Positions 50,801-64,000 of a stretch of DNA of 64,000 bases are shown here, piece after piece. This DNA is from Bugula neritina. Lineage: Eukaryota; Animalia; Bryozoa. The stretch spans positions 12,038,581 through 12,102,580 of the forward strand of contig OZ037767.1 of the NCBI GenBank assembly GCA_964035545.1. Reading direction: 5' to 3'. The position numbers and the translations under genes are program-made. The notes under the pieces were generated by a model. That model did not search any database. It saw nothing but the letters and a program-made list of their open reading frames with translations, and was not told the DNA's origin. Numbering within the stretch: position 1 is the stretch's first letter; each line of letters begins with the position of its first letter.

Positions 50801-53800
50801 ATTGGTTTAAAGAAGGATAAATAGATAAGTTTAATCTGAATACTAGTATCATCCCTATCAGTCAAAGGCGTATTGTTAACAAATAACAAAGCCAATAATC
50901 CCTGGAGTCCTTCTCAATTCAATTTATCTACACAGGTTGAAAATTCAATTTCAACTGCTTAGTTTAACTTCTGGCCAGCTTCCTTAGTGCTTTTTACTGA
51001 AAGAAAATCTTGCCGCTGATTTCCACCACCTAGAGTCTTTATCCAAAAAATACTTTTAATGTAACAAGTTTCAGCAAATGCTATTTTTTACTTGGAGGAG
51101 GAAAGTTATAAAAAATAGTAAAAATATCCAATACGCTTGCACCGCTAAAAACACCGTAATGTTCCCCCTGAGGCTGGCATTTCTAACAGCAATTGTATTA
51201 TACCATTTTAAAATTATATTCTCAAGCTCTTCCCCTGTATTGTTAGAGCTTACATTCAACCTGACTGGTATTAGCATTCTAAACCCCACACATTATCTAG
51301 GTTTACTAACAAATTTAAAAAGCTAGGTTAGAGAATGCACGTTTCAGTAACAAATCAAGCTGATACCAAACGAGCAATTTACAAAATAAAGCTAATGGTT
51401 GCTGCCTAGTCAGTTTGAAGTCTCAAGAATTGCTTACGTGCGGTTTTCAGAAAATTATGACAAAAGGTAATTTTCCTGAAAAGCTTTTCTTACCCAATCT
51501 AGAACTGTTGTTTCTAGACTGATTAGGTCTCCACATTAGAAATGACTTTTATTTATGCAATGATACCAATCACCATTACCCACGAAGTTACCGGCAGACC
51601 TAGTATTCTCTAAATTATTTTGTATTATCTTCTTTGCTAACATATTTTCTCAATGACTGCTAACGGTGGCAGAATAGGTGCAATAGAACACAAATTTAGC
51701 TGAAATGCCCCTAATTTCATTCTACATTTTATACCCTTATATCTATGTATAGATTGTAGCTCTGTCTAACTGCAACTTTTTGGCTAGAGTATATTATACA
51801 ACAGCTATTCGTCTAATGTTATCAAGTGTACATTCAATGAAAAAATTCTGCACGAGGCATTATTTTTCAGATATATTTTTCTAGTTTTAGCAATACTTTC
51901 CTATAAAACTATTGTTTGCTAATAAAATTTAAAAAGCATGAAGGCTTGCAATGGGAAGGACAGGGTGCTAACAGCTGTCAAGACTGCTCCCACCAGGATT
52001 TTATGAATTGGTTTATCATTCAAGTGGTGGACTAAGCAAGTAAAGCACAAGTGGAAATTTCTAGTGTTGTGTCTTCTTGAAAACTTTTGAAGGACAATAT
52101 ACCAGCCACTTGCAGGACCCTCAACACATGATCTTGATAAACCTCTACCCCAAATTTCATATTTATTAACCTCCCTACTGCAATAAACAAGCTTTCAACT
52201 GTGGCAAAGAAGTATATAATTATGATACAACTTGTACTCTACTGGTGGTGCATAATATGTACACTTATCTGCCTTGTAGCTCTTAGCCTGTACGTCAGGG
52301 CTAGCTGATGCAGACAAGTAATAGTATCCCAATGATGTAAACTATTTTTTGAACTTTCTTGCTTAGTTAAAATAAACAATTGGCAGTATTAGGATGAGAG
52401 AATGGCTTGCTAGAGAGCTTTATAATTAGGCACATAGCAATATACTCGCACTCTGTTTTTGAGATCAAATAGTTTGTTTGTAAATAAATCAAGAAATGAG
52501 GAGTTAGTATAGCTAACAGATCCAGTCTCCAGCCACTTCTGATTATAACTATTATATACCTGCCTGCTCGGATAGTCTCAAGGTCTGGCAGTTAAAACCA
52601 ATGTGATATATTTCATACATTAATAGACTGTACCAACAGTTCAATGTGTTGCTACAAATTATCAATTAACTGAAAGGTAAGGCTACATTTGTTCACCTAG
52701 AAGCCAGTTCTACCACCACTGTATTGATTTCTCTCTGGTAGCAAATTTATTGACAATTGCTGTAATTTTCAAGAGAAGCGTTGATGCTATTGTTATAACC
52801 TATAAATGGCTTGCTACATCGTATTGTCTAACAAGATTGTCAGCATTATATAAAAAACTGAGCTGGGCCTAACAAAATATACACCACAGCTCATAGTAAC
52901 CATAACAATTGCACCGACTTCAAACAGTTTCAATGTCTGTAGAGAGAAAGGATAAATAGGCTAGACTGCAATACTCAATTCTACGGCTAAAGAAGTTATG
53001 ACATTCTATGACATCGAAATGTCTAAACATCCACATCCAACTTGCAAACCTTTACACAAACCCTTTACTTCTAGTTTCAATAGTTTTTCTAATATGCATT
53101 ATGAGATTAGGTCTAAGCCTGTTTATGTATTGCAGTTTTATCACAGTATTCAACCCAACTTAGAAAGTCTATAAATTACTAACCTAACAAAGTACAGCGT
53201 GGATGAAAATTATAGGTTTGAACGAAATATAGAAGTTATTAACCAAGCCAACGTATAGGCAAACAGACAGAAAAGCCATGCTAAGTGAATACGCTAGTTT
53301 ATAGAGAGTAATATGCAGGTGAACTAGTAGCAACTTGGTCTAGGGATTATCCTAAGTTATATGCAACTAATGCTCACTGACTGACTGTTTAGACAGAACA
53401 TCAACACAAAGAAATTTCACTTACATATAGATACACGAATATTATTGTCAAATTAAGTCTGAATCTTCGAAATAATGGAAACAATGAATGTTTTATCACT
53501 GCTCACAACTAAAGAATTGTTAGCAACAAAAACTGTCAATAGAAAACTTAATAACCACATAATAGAGAATTGATAGCAAACGTGTGAGTGTGAGTATGAG
53601 TAGCAGCTAAATATATCTTTCATTAAAAATTATTTCTAGATTACATTCCTTCAGTTACCATCTTTACTTTAACAATTGTTGGTAGTTATGAATGCATAGC
53701 CTAAAAATATCAAAGCTGGGTAGAGAAATTTGAAAAAGGCTGTGCTTTTATGAAAATCTTGCCAAAAAAGTTAAGTTTTCAAATGATTTTTAAACTTAAA

Positions 53801-54530
53801 TAATTTTAAACTGTGCTTCAAACCAAAAGTCATAAACATAACCTACAAACTTGGGCTATCAAATTATCACTCAGCATTCATTACTCATGCATTAGCTTCA
53901 AAATTGAGAGCTACTAGTTGGGAGAGCTACAGTTAATTGTACGGACACTATATACTATTTTGTAGTTACTTGTGTCCTATAAATACTTGTTCAGCATAAA
54001 ACTCAAAAGGGTAAAACTATTAAATTTGATATTATTTACATGAAAATTTTCTCATTACACTTATGAAAAATATGAATTCAAAATCCATCATAATACGTAG
54101 TTGAGCAATTATACATTTCGAACCTAAAGTATAATGAACTGAATGGAAGATCTTGAAACTCCAATCTAAAAATTGTTGCAACTGCAATTCTAAAGTTATT
54201 AATCTAAAAAAAATGTTTGTATCAATTGAGATTGGCAGTTATGAGTTAATGAGAACTAGACAGCACATAAAAACAAGAGGTAATGCTGGAATTGGCAAAA
54301 AAATGTTAGCAAAAAATAAAGCAAAAAAGTGTTTAAATTGTATTAAATGATTGAAATAAGAGAATGAGATAGCTCACCTCGTCATCTACCCCAGTCATAC
54401 CAGCACTCAGATTGTCTAGACTCTGTGCTTGAGATAGAGGACTAAGATCAGCTGCATCAGTAGAACCATCATGTTGATGCTCGAGTGTAGAAACAGGTAG
54501 AGGTGGTGCAGCCATAACTTGTGTTGCCAT
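41856..54530 (-). CDS. cpo: Two-RRM RNA-binding protein, RBPMS/couch potato/MEC-8 family
   Basis: Exons 54530-54378, 49112-49035, 48254-48201, 46290-46228, 46032-45882, 44345-44224, 43886(or 43919)-43752, 42761-42537, 41969-41856. RRM1: [35 protein letters not shown]...PVGFVTF...[27 protein letters not shown]2: [11 protein letters not shown]...CAFVEYSDVQSA...[10 protein letters not shown]. Confidence 0.94.
42042..42267. repeat. 26-bp minisatellite (TATATATTACTGAGTCTAAGAYAGTG)n
   Basis: About 8-9 units in the last intron of the RRM gene. Confidence 0.9.
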
Positions 54531-55122
54531 ATTAAGTAAGTATTCTTATTTCAAGTTGATTCTAAACTTATTCAAAATCAATTCCTCGGATTATTTTTTG
54601 TTTCTCTGAAAAGAGTCTGTCTAGGTATAATATATTAGTATACCAAACAAGTCTTTGCAGAAAATATAAATTAAGTAAAATAACTATGCGGCACCTAACA
54701 AACAATGTATTCAAAACAGTAGTTATCAGTTAGACAGTACAACTAACAGATATAAAAAATGTTCTGCAGTCTAGAAAGTAACAAACCAAACTACTGCCTG
54801 ACAAGAGTGTTTTTGAATGTAACTGTGCAGCAGTTGATGCGATAGCTATTAAGCTACCATGTGCTCGTTGGGTTTGACATGCCTCGTTTTCGTTAAAGAC
54901 CACCCACTAGCACTATAGCAGACGATTCAACAGCAGGTGCGTCTGCAATTGAAAGCAAGTTGACTAATAGCAACTATCCTATTAAAGTTTAGATTAAAGA
55001 TTATTATAAAAATTTTATTATAAAAACAATGAAGATATACTGCTGTAAAATTAAAACATACTTTTAAAACTTCTTTGTAATTAAATAAAAGTTAAAGAAT
55101 TAAAAGTTGAAACGATAGCTGC

Positions 55123-55145
55123 TCACGTCACATGACAATCACGTG
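55123..55145 (+). promoter_or_regulatory. Clustered CRE-like and CLEAR/E-box motifs immediately 5' of the ATG14 start
   Basis: TCACGTCA (55123-55130), GTCACATGAC (55127-55136) and TCACGTG (55139-55145). Confidence 0.55.
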
Positions 55146-55156
55146 TAACATTCAAG

Positions 55157-58100
55157 ATGTCCGACCAACATTATGATACGCTCAAGATAGGCGAAGCACC
55201 TTCTGTTTTTCATTTATCTGACCACCCACTGCAGCTTTCCCATGATTTGAGTGTTGCTGTTGAGAGCTGCCCAGTGTGCAGAAATGGAAAACATCCTCTT
55301 TTTTGTCCATCGTGTGTTGTCTCTCGACAAATTAAACAAAGGTTTAGCAGGTGCGTAGTTTAACTAGTAACTACTACTACTAGTACTAGGTCTAGTAATA
55401 CTAATAGTACTAGTTGAACACTAATACTAATAGCTGTTGTTAATAGTTGATGCTATTCAGTATTCAACTATTCAACTACTACTAGACCTAGTACTGGTAC
55501 TAGTTGAACACTAATAGTAATACTAATAGTAATAGTTATTGTTAATACTAATAGTTGATGCTATTCAGTATTTGAGTATTTCAAAATTAATATCAATATG
55601 AATATGAAATTGAATAAGATTAAGACTAAGAATATGGGTAGGAGTTAAACTTGATGTTATAAATTATGGTTATAGTTATGAGTATTACTATTAGCATAAC
55701 ATATCATTATCTCAATCTGTATCAGTATTTGACTATCAGTATCACTATCTCTCTATCATTTAGAGTTAGAGTTAGTGTAGGTCTTAGAGTTACGGTCACT
55801 AGTTACTGCTAGTGTTGCTGTCGTATTAGTTACTCTCAGCATTGTGATTGTGTTTTACTTTTTATCAGTATGATTCTGAGTATCAGTATGAGTATGAATA
55901 TCGGTACCAGTATTAGTATGAGTCTATCACATTCACTCACTTATGAGTATGGCTATAAATATAACTATAAGTATGAGTATAACTCTATCAGTTCCACTAT
56001 TGTATTAGTGTTAGATTTTGTACTACCAAAAGTATACTTTAACTCATGACTGATACTGGTAGTGACTGTCAGTATCACTTATGACTTAGCACTTAAACTT
56101 GAAGGTAATATCAATATGAATATCAATTAATATGATTCATGCTTTTTCTTATTTTTAATTCTTTTAAGCTGCATTTATGAATAACATTTGAATTTAGTGA
56201 TTCACAGCTAGTGCTACCTTGAATATTATCATCGTCATTGGGCGAAACTCTTAGGATTACTCTTCTTCTTTAGCTTTGGATTATAATTATTTCAACTCTC
56301 AACTAGAAGTAGATAGACGAAAACAAATAAAAATGCTTAAAACTTGAATATTTAATTATACGCCCAAATTGCAGTTCTGCTGAGTCTTCGGTAATCATTA
56401 TTGTCTTGATATGTTTGTAAAGCTTACTGTAAATGTAATACTCATACTCATACTGACTATAACTATAATGCATGCTATAAGTGTGTAAGTATTGGTATTG
56501 AATAGTTATCTAGTAATAGTACTAGTATCTATATTATATTAATCCTAATTGTAATTTCTAATCTAAAATTTGCAGTTTCAACAAAATTTGAATCGGCCAA
56601 TTCATCAGTCTTTTACTTTTCAGGTTTAATTTCAATGTTATTTTTATAACTAAATGTGGTTTATATTGTGTTTGCTATCTTAATTTTATTATTAAAAATA
56701 CATGATTTTCATCAAATATTCGATGTTTAGGCCATCATTTTGAGAATGGGTTTTGATCATCAGGTACTTATTTTGTAAAAAATTAAATTAATTTTACTGA
56801 ATAAGTCTAATATAGTTTATGTTTAATCACTTAATTAGAACAAAAAAAGACACATATCTGCCCTTTTTTAGCTAGTCGCTAACAGTTGTTAGTTGACCTA
56901 CTCTCTGATTTTATAAGGATACTTGGTATTTTTCTTGCACTGTAAATAAAATAAATTTGAATTTAGTTCTGAAATTGAATTGAAAAAACACATTCTTGGC
57001 ATTGATTCAATTGATGTGTTGCCTCATGTCAGAGCTGTAAATAATCAGCAAACCTTGAGTCAAATACTCTGTATGTACAAACCAGCTATTGGCTTGATGT
57101 GAATCTACATCATGAACAATCCTTTTACACTAAGTTGTACCTACTAAGTTGTTTTAAACCAACTGTTGATGAACTTACACCATACCGTTAGATAAAGTAT
57201 GTTTTTGTGTTGTATTTAGTTTTGAAGAGAAGATGAAAGAATTGAAGTCAGCATTAGAAGTGAAAGAAAATACATCAAGAAAAATCAAAGAGTTAGTCAA
57301 ACGGAGGTGTGATCATAACAAGAAGGTGAGCTGCATAATAAAAAACAAATTAGGCGGTTTTGTAGTGTGATTTTATAATAATTTTACTTTTTTTCAGAAG
57401 TATATTATTGTTTTGCTGTTTATTTTTAAAGTTTTGTTTTGCAAATTTCAACATTTTTCATCTTTTTTGTCAATTAAAAGGTAAGGGTTGCATCTCTTTG
57501 TCGGGGAATATGGATTTCATAACAATGACTGAAGATTTTTTTAATTTTTTCCAAGTATTTTGGTTGATTTTTAACTTTAAAAATGCTGAGAGTTGTTTAC
57601 TAAATCAGTGTAAGTATTAATGTATGTTTTCTGCTCTATCTATTGGTGAATCCCTACTAAATATGTTTTATATTAGAGATTCTTTTTAGCATTTGATCAA
57701 AAGTTATCAGTATTATTGAATACTTCATGAACAGGCCAAGTGGTTTGCCACAATGTTAACAGATAGAGTGATCCAGTATGATGACTGCACACACAATGGA
57801 TATCTAGTAATCTACAGCTGTGTAAAATGAACTGAAGTTCTTATGTAATTTTCTCCGATAACTTTCCACTGTCTTCTACACGCCTATCACCCTGTGTATA
57901 TTCAGAATTAATTTAAACTGTACTTTGTAATATTTTCTAGAAATTAGAAGTCCTAAATTTAAAGAAAAGAATAGCTACTTTGCAGTCTGTTTATTCCAGG
58001 AGAACAGAGGAATTGGCCCACAGTATGCTTTTCACATCTTCTTTTCCTTTTTGCTTAATTTATCTTATTATAATGCGAATATTATCTGTTATATAACATG

Positions 58101-59123
58101 ACAACTTTCAAGCACTATATCTTTGGTTATTAGCAATATCTATATTTAATTAAACTCTGCTTCAATCTTGTTGTCATGTTCAAATTAAGGCTGTGTAATT
58201 AGCTAGTTGAGATTTTCTCTAACTTTTAGGTTCTTCCATGAATTATTTTAGCATGTTGTGTAAACTAACCTAATTTTACTGTGAGAGGCAATTGGTTACT
58301 TTTTCCTTGCTTTATTTCAGGAGTCTTGCACTGTTTACTGTAATTATTTGCAGAGAAACAGATAAAATTAGACAAAAAGTCTGGTAATACCAACACTTCT
58401 AAAAAAGTCAGCATGTTGAAGGCAATTATTCCAAAACACAAGAAAAGAGTACAGATTTTGGCAGATGATTTGCTGCCATCCAAGAGGTCAAAGTTTGAGG
58501 AAGTGAAGATGAAGCTACAATGTCAAAGGAGAAAGAGTATCAGGGAGCATCATGAGCTGATATTTAAAGCAGAGCTTGTTGAGCATGAAAAGTGAGATCA
58601 TATATACGCATGAAATTGAACCAACTGTCATTGCAAATTTTCTTAGAACATTTGTGTGATTCAGACAGGATTTTAACTGAAGTACTAGTAAACTGACTAT
58701 CTTGTAGTCTCACTGACTAACACACTCACTCATTGACTAACACACTCACTCATTGACTAATATACTCACTCACTGACTAATATACTCACTCACTGACCAA
58801 CACACTCACTCACTGACTAATATACTCACTCACTAACCAACACACTCACTCACTGACTAATATACTCACTCACTGATTAATATACTCACTCACTGACTGC
58901 TACACAACCCAACAGCTGCTGCATTTAAGCTCATGCTTGCAGAAATTTCAATTCCCCTCAACTCAATTTCTTCCACCAATACCAATTATAGCAAAAGCAG
59001 CTCCTTCCCACTTAACAATAATTAGTCTAGCATTAGCTTACTTGTCAGGTAACATCACATTTAATATAATTGAACTGAAGTCAGTACTTGCCTCAAAGCT
59101 GCTACTAACTGACTCATTAGACT

Positions 59124-59165
<42 letters not shown>

Positions 59166-59478
59166 CACTACTACTACTACTACTTCTACTTCTACTACTA
59201 CTACTGCTACTGCTTCTACTACTAGTACTACTACTACTACTACCACTACTACTGCTGCTGCTACTGCTAGTACTACTACTACTACTACTGCTGCTACTGC
59301 TAGTACTACTAGTACTACTACTGGGTATTGTTAGGGTGAGTTATGAAGCCTTATTATACAAGAATTGGAAACAACATCGGTCAGTATTTTAGCTTTTTGT
59401 TAGAGCTCAGTTTTAACTTATCATACCAAAAGCATTTTGGTAATATATATATACATATATATGTATGTATACATATAC

Positions 59479-59577
<99 letters not shown>

Positions 59578-62347
59578 TATATATATATATATAATTATAT
59601 ATATATATATATGTGCGTTTTTTAAAAAAAATCTTTTATGGCAAATTCTTTATTCTCTACTTAATTACATTTTCACCTTAATTTCTTTTTACATTTATTC
59701 CCAGCTTTGCTGAAGAGAATACGGAAGGAGATGAAAAAATTAGCCTTGAAATAGCTGATGCTCTTAGCCACACCTACAAGAGGGGTAAATGGGAGTACGT
59801 GGAGGCCTCCCAGTCTAAGATGTATCGGATTATTGGTTTAACCCTGGCTTCTTCTGGCCACAACAATGCCCTCATTGAGTACTGTAGTAAGTGCTTAATA
59901 GTAGGTATAGTGATATATAGTGTAGGTATAGTAATATATAGTGTAGGTATAGTGATATATAGTGTAGGTATAGTGATATATATTGTAGGTATAGTGATAT
60001 ATAGTGTAGATATAGTTATATATAGTGTAGGTATACTGATATATAGCGTAGGTATACTGATATATAGTGTAGGTATAGTAATATATAGTGTAGGTATAGT
60101 GATATATAGTGTAGGTATAGTAATATATAGTGTAGGTATAGTGATATATAGTGTAGGTATAGTGATATATATTGTAGGTATAGTGATATATAGTGTAGAT
60201 ATAGTTATATATAGTGTAGGTATACTGATATATAGTGTAGGTATACTGATATATAGTGTAGGTATAGTAATATATAGTGTAGGTATAGTGATATATAGTG
60301 TAGGTATAGTAATATATAGTGTAGGTATAGTAATATATAGTGTAGGTATAGTGATATATATAGTGTAGGTATAGTTATATATAGTGTAGGTATAGTAATA
60401 TATATAGTGTAGGTATAGTGATATATAGTGTAGGTATAGTTATATATAGTGTAGGTATAGTATTATATAGTGTAGATATTACATACAGTTTGTGGTTTTG
60501 TGCAGAGAGGGACCAGCAAGGGAGAGGACCTCCAAGTGTCAACAGGGAAGCGTTTGAGCAGTGGGCAGCTATATGTTATATCTCTCAGTTTGTTCAAGTT
60601 ATGGCTGATATCCTTTCTCAGTTCTTACCTTACTCTACGAATATACCGTGAGTCTACAGTATTAAGTGTAGTAAGTGTGCAGTACTAAGTATACAGTACT
60701 AACTACTAAGTATACAGTACTAAGTATACAGTACTGAGTGTATAGTACTAAGTATACTGTACAGATTATACAGTATTAAGTATACAGTACTATGTAAGTA
60801 TATGGTACTAAGTGTACAGGGCATGGCTGCACCCTGCCAATGTTAACTGCTCCCACCACATAGGCCTACATTCTGATCTCTGGTTTGTAGCTTATAGAAA
60901 GCAAGGATTTGTCTTTCCTTCTCCGCAGTTCCCTTTGTGTTGGTTCCTATAACCTGGTGCTTTCTTTATATTAAGCTGACCGTGAAAACCACTTTCAATT
61001 TCCATCCCATTTAATTCACACCTCACCTTATTTTCACAGCTCAGTGCCAGCTAACCTATTCAATAATTGGTATGACAATAAACTTTGATAATGTTAAAAT
61101 AAAGCAACTGTACAATGCATTTGGCGCTACTTTCACACATCAGCACGTAACCACCAGGTACTTGTCTAAACTCAGCTAGCGGTTGTTGCTGTTTTATCTT
61201 CTATCAGTATGGATGTTGGGGCACCAGATTCTGAACTTATAACATGGCAGTTGTAACAATCATTCCATCAATAAGCTACCAATTATAAGCATATAAATGT
61301 AAACGAAATAAGCAACAGTTAAGGAGAAAACGTGCCTACTTAGCTCCTGTCATAAAGCTCCTGTATCATTTTAAGTTGCATAGATTTCTTTTCCTCAGCT
61401 ACAAGTTTGATTGGCATGTGTTTTAGGCAGTTGGACCTTGAGCAGATGGACTTGGAAGAACTGGAGAATTTTCTTGCTCAACTTAACTATAATATCATCT
61501 ACTTGTACGCCAGCCAGGGGCTACAGTGTGATAACTTGAATCCTGATGCAACCATAGCTAATCTGTTTTACCTCGTCTCTCACGATGATATAGGAAGGTA
61601 ATTAGTGTGTAGTATTTTCACTTAACCTGCGCTTCTATTTTTGGTTTAGTGCAGTGGTTTGGGCTTTGATTGATTCTTTTACAGACAAATATTTGATAGA
61701 GCCATCGATATTTGAAGATTTTGCAATGTGTGATGGTGAAATGTTTTATTTGATGGACTGTGATGGAATCTAATGCACAGAAGTTTAGAAGTTGGCAATA
61801 TTATAGTTTAGATCAATTTTTTATTGATGACATATTTGCATTTTATCACTCACAAACAGGAGTAGCTCCAATAGCTGCTGTGTACACCCATAAACACCAA
61901 CATCTCATAAGTAGGTTGTTCAACAAACTTGTGAAACGTAGCATCAGTTGATGCAATAATACAATAGTAGGACAACTCTAATATACGTGCAATTCTGAAT
62001 AAAGTAGACAACTCTCTACACTTACTTGTACTACACAATACTTAATATTTCATCTCACAACTAATAAATATATGCTAATATATTATAGATCTGAACCATT
62101 CACCATGGTGACGTCACACTCCATTAACTCTCTTGCTAAAAAGGTAGTAAACCCTTGTGTGCACATGGCTGCTTCCTTAGATCCCGACGATGACATGGCA
62201 GATGTTGATGACCTGTTCCTCGTGCCAGATGTTCTCAACGTGACTGCTGCTGAAAATGCTGCCACGATGACTATGAGCTATGCTGCCGACATGGTCACCT
62301 CAGCTGTCAGCAGTGTTTTCTCCAGTTTCTGGCCCTCATCTAGTTAG
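55157..62347 (+). CDS. ATG14: Beclin 1-associated autophagy-related key regulator (ATG14/Barkor)
   Basis: Exons 55157-55350 (alternative donor 55341), 57220-57325, 57941-58022, 58354-58591, 59705-59886, 60506-60647, 61427-61597, 62089-62347, phase-consistent. N-terminal AVESCPVC...FCPSC double CxxC, coiled coil, [29 protein letters not shown] and an amphipathic C-terminal [13 protein letters not shown] (BATS-like). Confidence 0.85.
58708..58898. repeat. 20-bp minisatellite (YAYACTCACTCACTGACTAA)n
   Basis: About 9 units. Confidence 0.93.
59124..59322. repeat. Imperfect (CTA/CTG)n trinucleotide repeat
   Basis: Read directly; intronic. Confidence 0.95.
59443..59612. repeat. (TA)n microsatellite
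   Basis: Read directly. Confidence 0.95.
59898..60480 (+). repeat. 21-bp minisatellite (GTAGGTATAGTRATATATAGT) ~27 units filling an ATG14 intron
   Basis: Begins about 14 nt after the donor at 59887 and ends about 25 nt before the acceptor at 60505. Confidence 0.96.
60648..60819 (+). repeat. Degenerate 14-bp repeat (TAAGTATACAGTAC)n starting at an ATG14 donor
   Basis: The first unit G-TGAGTCTACAGTAT is the donor itself. Confidence 0.85.
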
Positions 62348-64000
62348 CTTCTCTCTCCTCTACTCTCTCTCCTGTACATGATCTCAAATGTGTCAGATTC
62401 TCACCCAAATTAGTTGTCTTCATCTCTTAATAAAGTGTAGGCCTTTACTATATGTTTTTTATATAATACAATATTATAAATTATTTACATCCTGTTCTTT
62501 TTGTGATGTGTATATTGAAAGATACAAAATATAGTATATAATTATTCATCGAAAATTATTGCTTTTCTGCAGCAGTAGCTATGGTCTAAATAATAAATAA
62601 TTGGTTTTAAACTTAAATAGGTGTTTTGTTGTCTATACTACAGCAACTTTGAAAAATAGAACAAGTATTTTCATAGATTCTCGGATGACAAATAGTTGCA
62701 GGAGATAGGTAAATCTTGAAGAGAGATTAAGATATATCTATAATTGACAAGCAAATATTATGTGTCAAACCATTGAAGAGGCTTAAAATGTGTTTGTTTG
62801 CTGCTGACCAAAAGCTTTACAAATGTCTAACCAGAAAAATTGAGATTACTGAGCTAGATGACAAGTAAACTGTGTGATTCACAAACGTATTTCATCAAAA
62901 AACTGGTAGCTTAACAAACGTGAAAATTACGAGCTTTTTTTGCTGCAAATAGAATCTCTACAACACACACTTTATTTAAAGCCTAAACTCTAAAGTTATT
63001 TGCTTACCTAGTGGGTATAAGCAACTATTATTTGCAATAAAGATCTTTGTCAAAAGGTGCACTGATATATTTGCATATTTTTAATAAAAAAATTCTAATT
63101 TAACAAAGTTCTAACTTTCATACATTTTCAAAAAATTAGTCTGCAGGCTAATGCAATAGTTATAAAGAAAAGCTAAAAGCCAAAGTCATACATGCAACGA
63201 AATAGAGAAAAGATCAGACATCACAAAATTTTTAACTTTTTTTTTCTCTGTTAGACTTCAATCTGAAAGACAATTATGAAAAAGAATCCACTAAGGGCAC
63301 TTTAACTGGCTTTTCTAAAGGTATATGTCCTTGCAATGAACTTTTAGGTGCTGAATTGCATATATTATTGGCTTTAACCATAGCAGAATATGAGCATGAC
63401 TGCAAACATCCAAGCAGTTAATATCATTATATAACTCTTAGGTCTTACAATAATATGAAACACAGAGTGCACACTGGTGAAAATAATACAAGGGTTATCT
63501 CCCCAAAGTTCTGGCTTTTCTTTGTATCCTTTCTTGGAATTAGTTTCTATTGCAGTTTACAGTCAAAAGTCTGCTGAGTTAGCTATAATAAATTCTTTTG
63601 GCAAAACTCTTACAACGGTGCACTTGATAATTATGTGAAACAGTTATAACTACATGTAAATAATATTATGTTTCGTAATTCGAAAAACAACTTTAATTTT
63701 CCATTGTCTATTCTAATTATCTAGGCCTCTAGATCATCCTAGCTAAGTTGCTTAGGACCTGAAATGAAATTAAGATTTTTCATATATCTTTCAGTTAGTA
63801 TAATTTTCTACAACACATTTGATTTTTACTACTATTTGTTTAAGTTTTTTTAACGAAGCTACAAGCTCAAAACTACACAACTTCAAAACAGCTTAAATTG
63901 ATAAAAATGACGGAAGGAATTTAATGAACTCTGCATGCTACAAGGCAATTTTTATTTTCTATATACCACTTTATTAGTATCACTATAATAGGGAAATATA

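Noticed and set aside
58937-60368. Poly-Leu, (IY)n and (VGIVIYS)n membrane-protein-like ORFs
   Set aside because: Translations of CTA, TA and 21-bp repeats inside ATG14 introns.
967-60480. CRISPR-array interpretation of the 20-53-bp repeats
   Set aside because: Units are head-to-tail with no unique spacers, there are no cas genes, and the context is eukaryotic introns.
259-62347. U12-type or non-canonical introns
   Set aside because: All reconstructed introns are GT-AG without the RTATCCTT U12 donor; two AAG acceptors (15834, 43887) are uncommon but ordinary.

Overview
AT-rich, intron-rich animal (invertebrate-like) genomic DNA, not prokaryotic. By hand-splicing GT-AG exons with consistent phases I reconstruct five genes: the 3' part of CWC27 (+), a complete DLST (+), a RalGDS/RGL-family RasGEF (-), a two-RRM RBPMS/couch-potato/MEC-8-like gene (-) and ATG14 (+, head-to-head with the RRM gene). 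Other elements are a 5'-truncated LINE with a 9-bp TSD, a hAT-type MITE (8-bp TSD) carrying a nested ~730-bp palindromic MITE (TATA TSD), a duplicated tRNA-like unit and many minisatellites. Most long ORFs in the supplied track are artefacts of these repeats. Two patterns stand out. (1) In four of the five genes, unrelated intronic tandem repeats are anchored on, and often copy, the exon/5' splice-site junction, making arrays of donor sites; in CWC27 this is 30 in-frame units, most carrying AAG|GTGAGT. (2) Degenerate DNA with roughly 6-nt periodicity sits near the 5' ends of three genes. Gene identities rest on recognised motifs; no database search was run.
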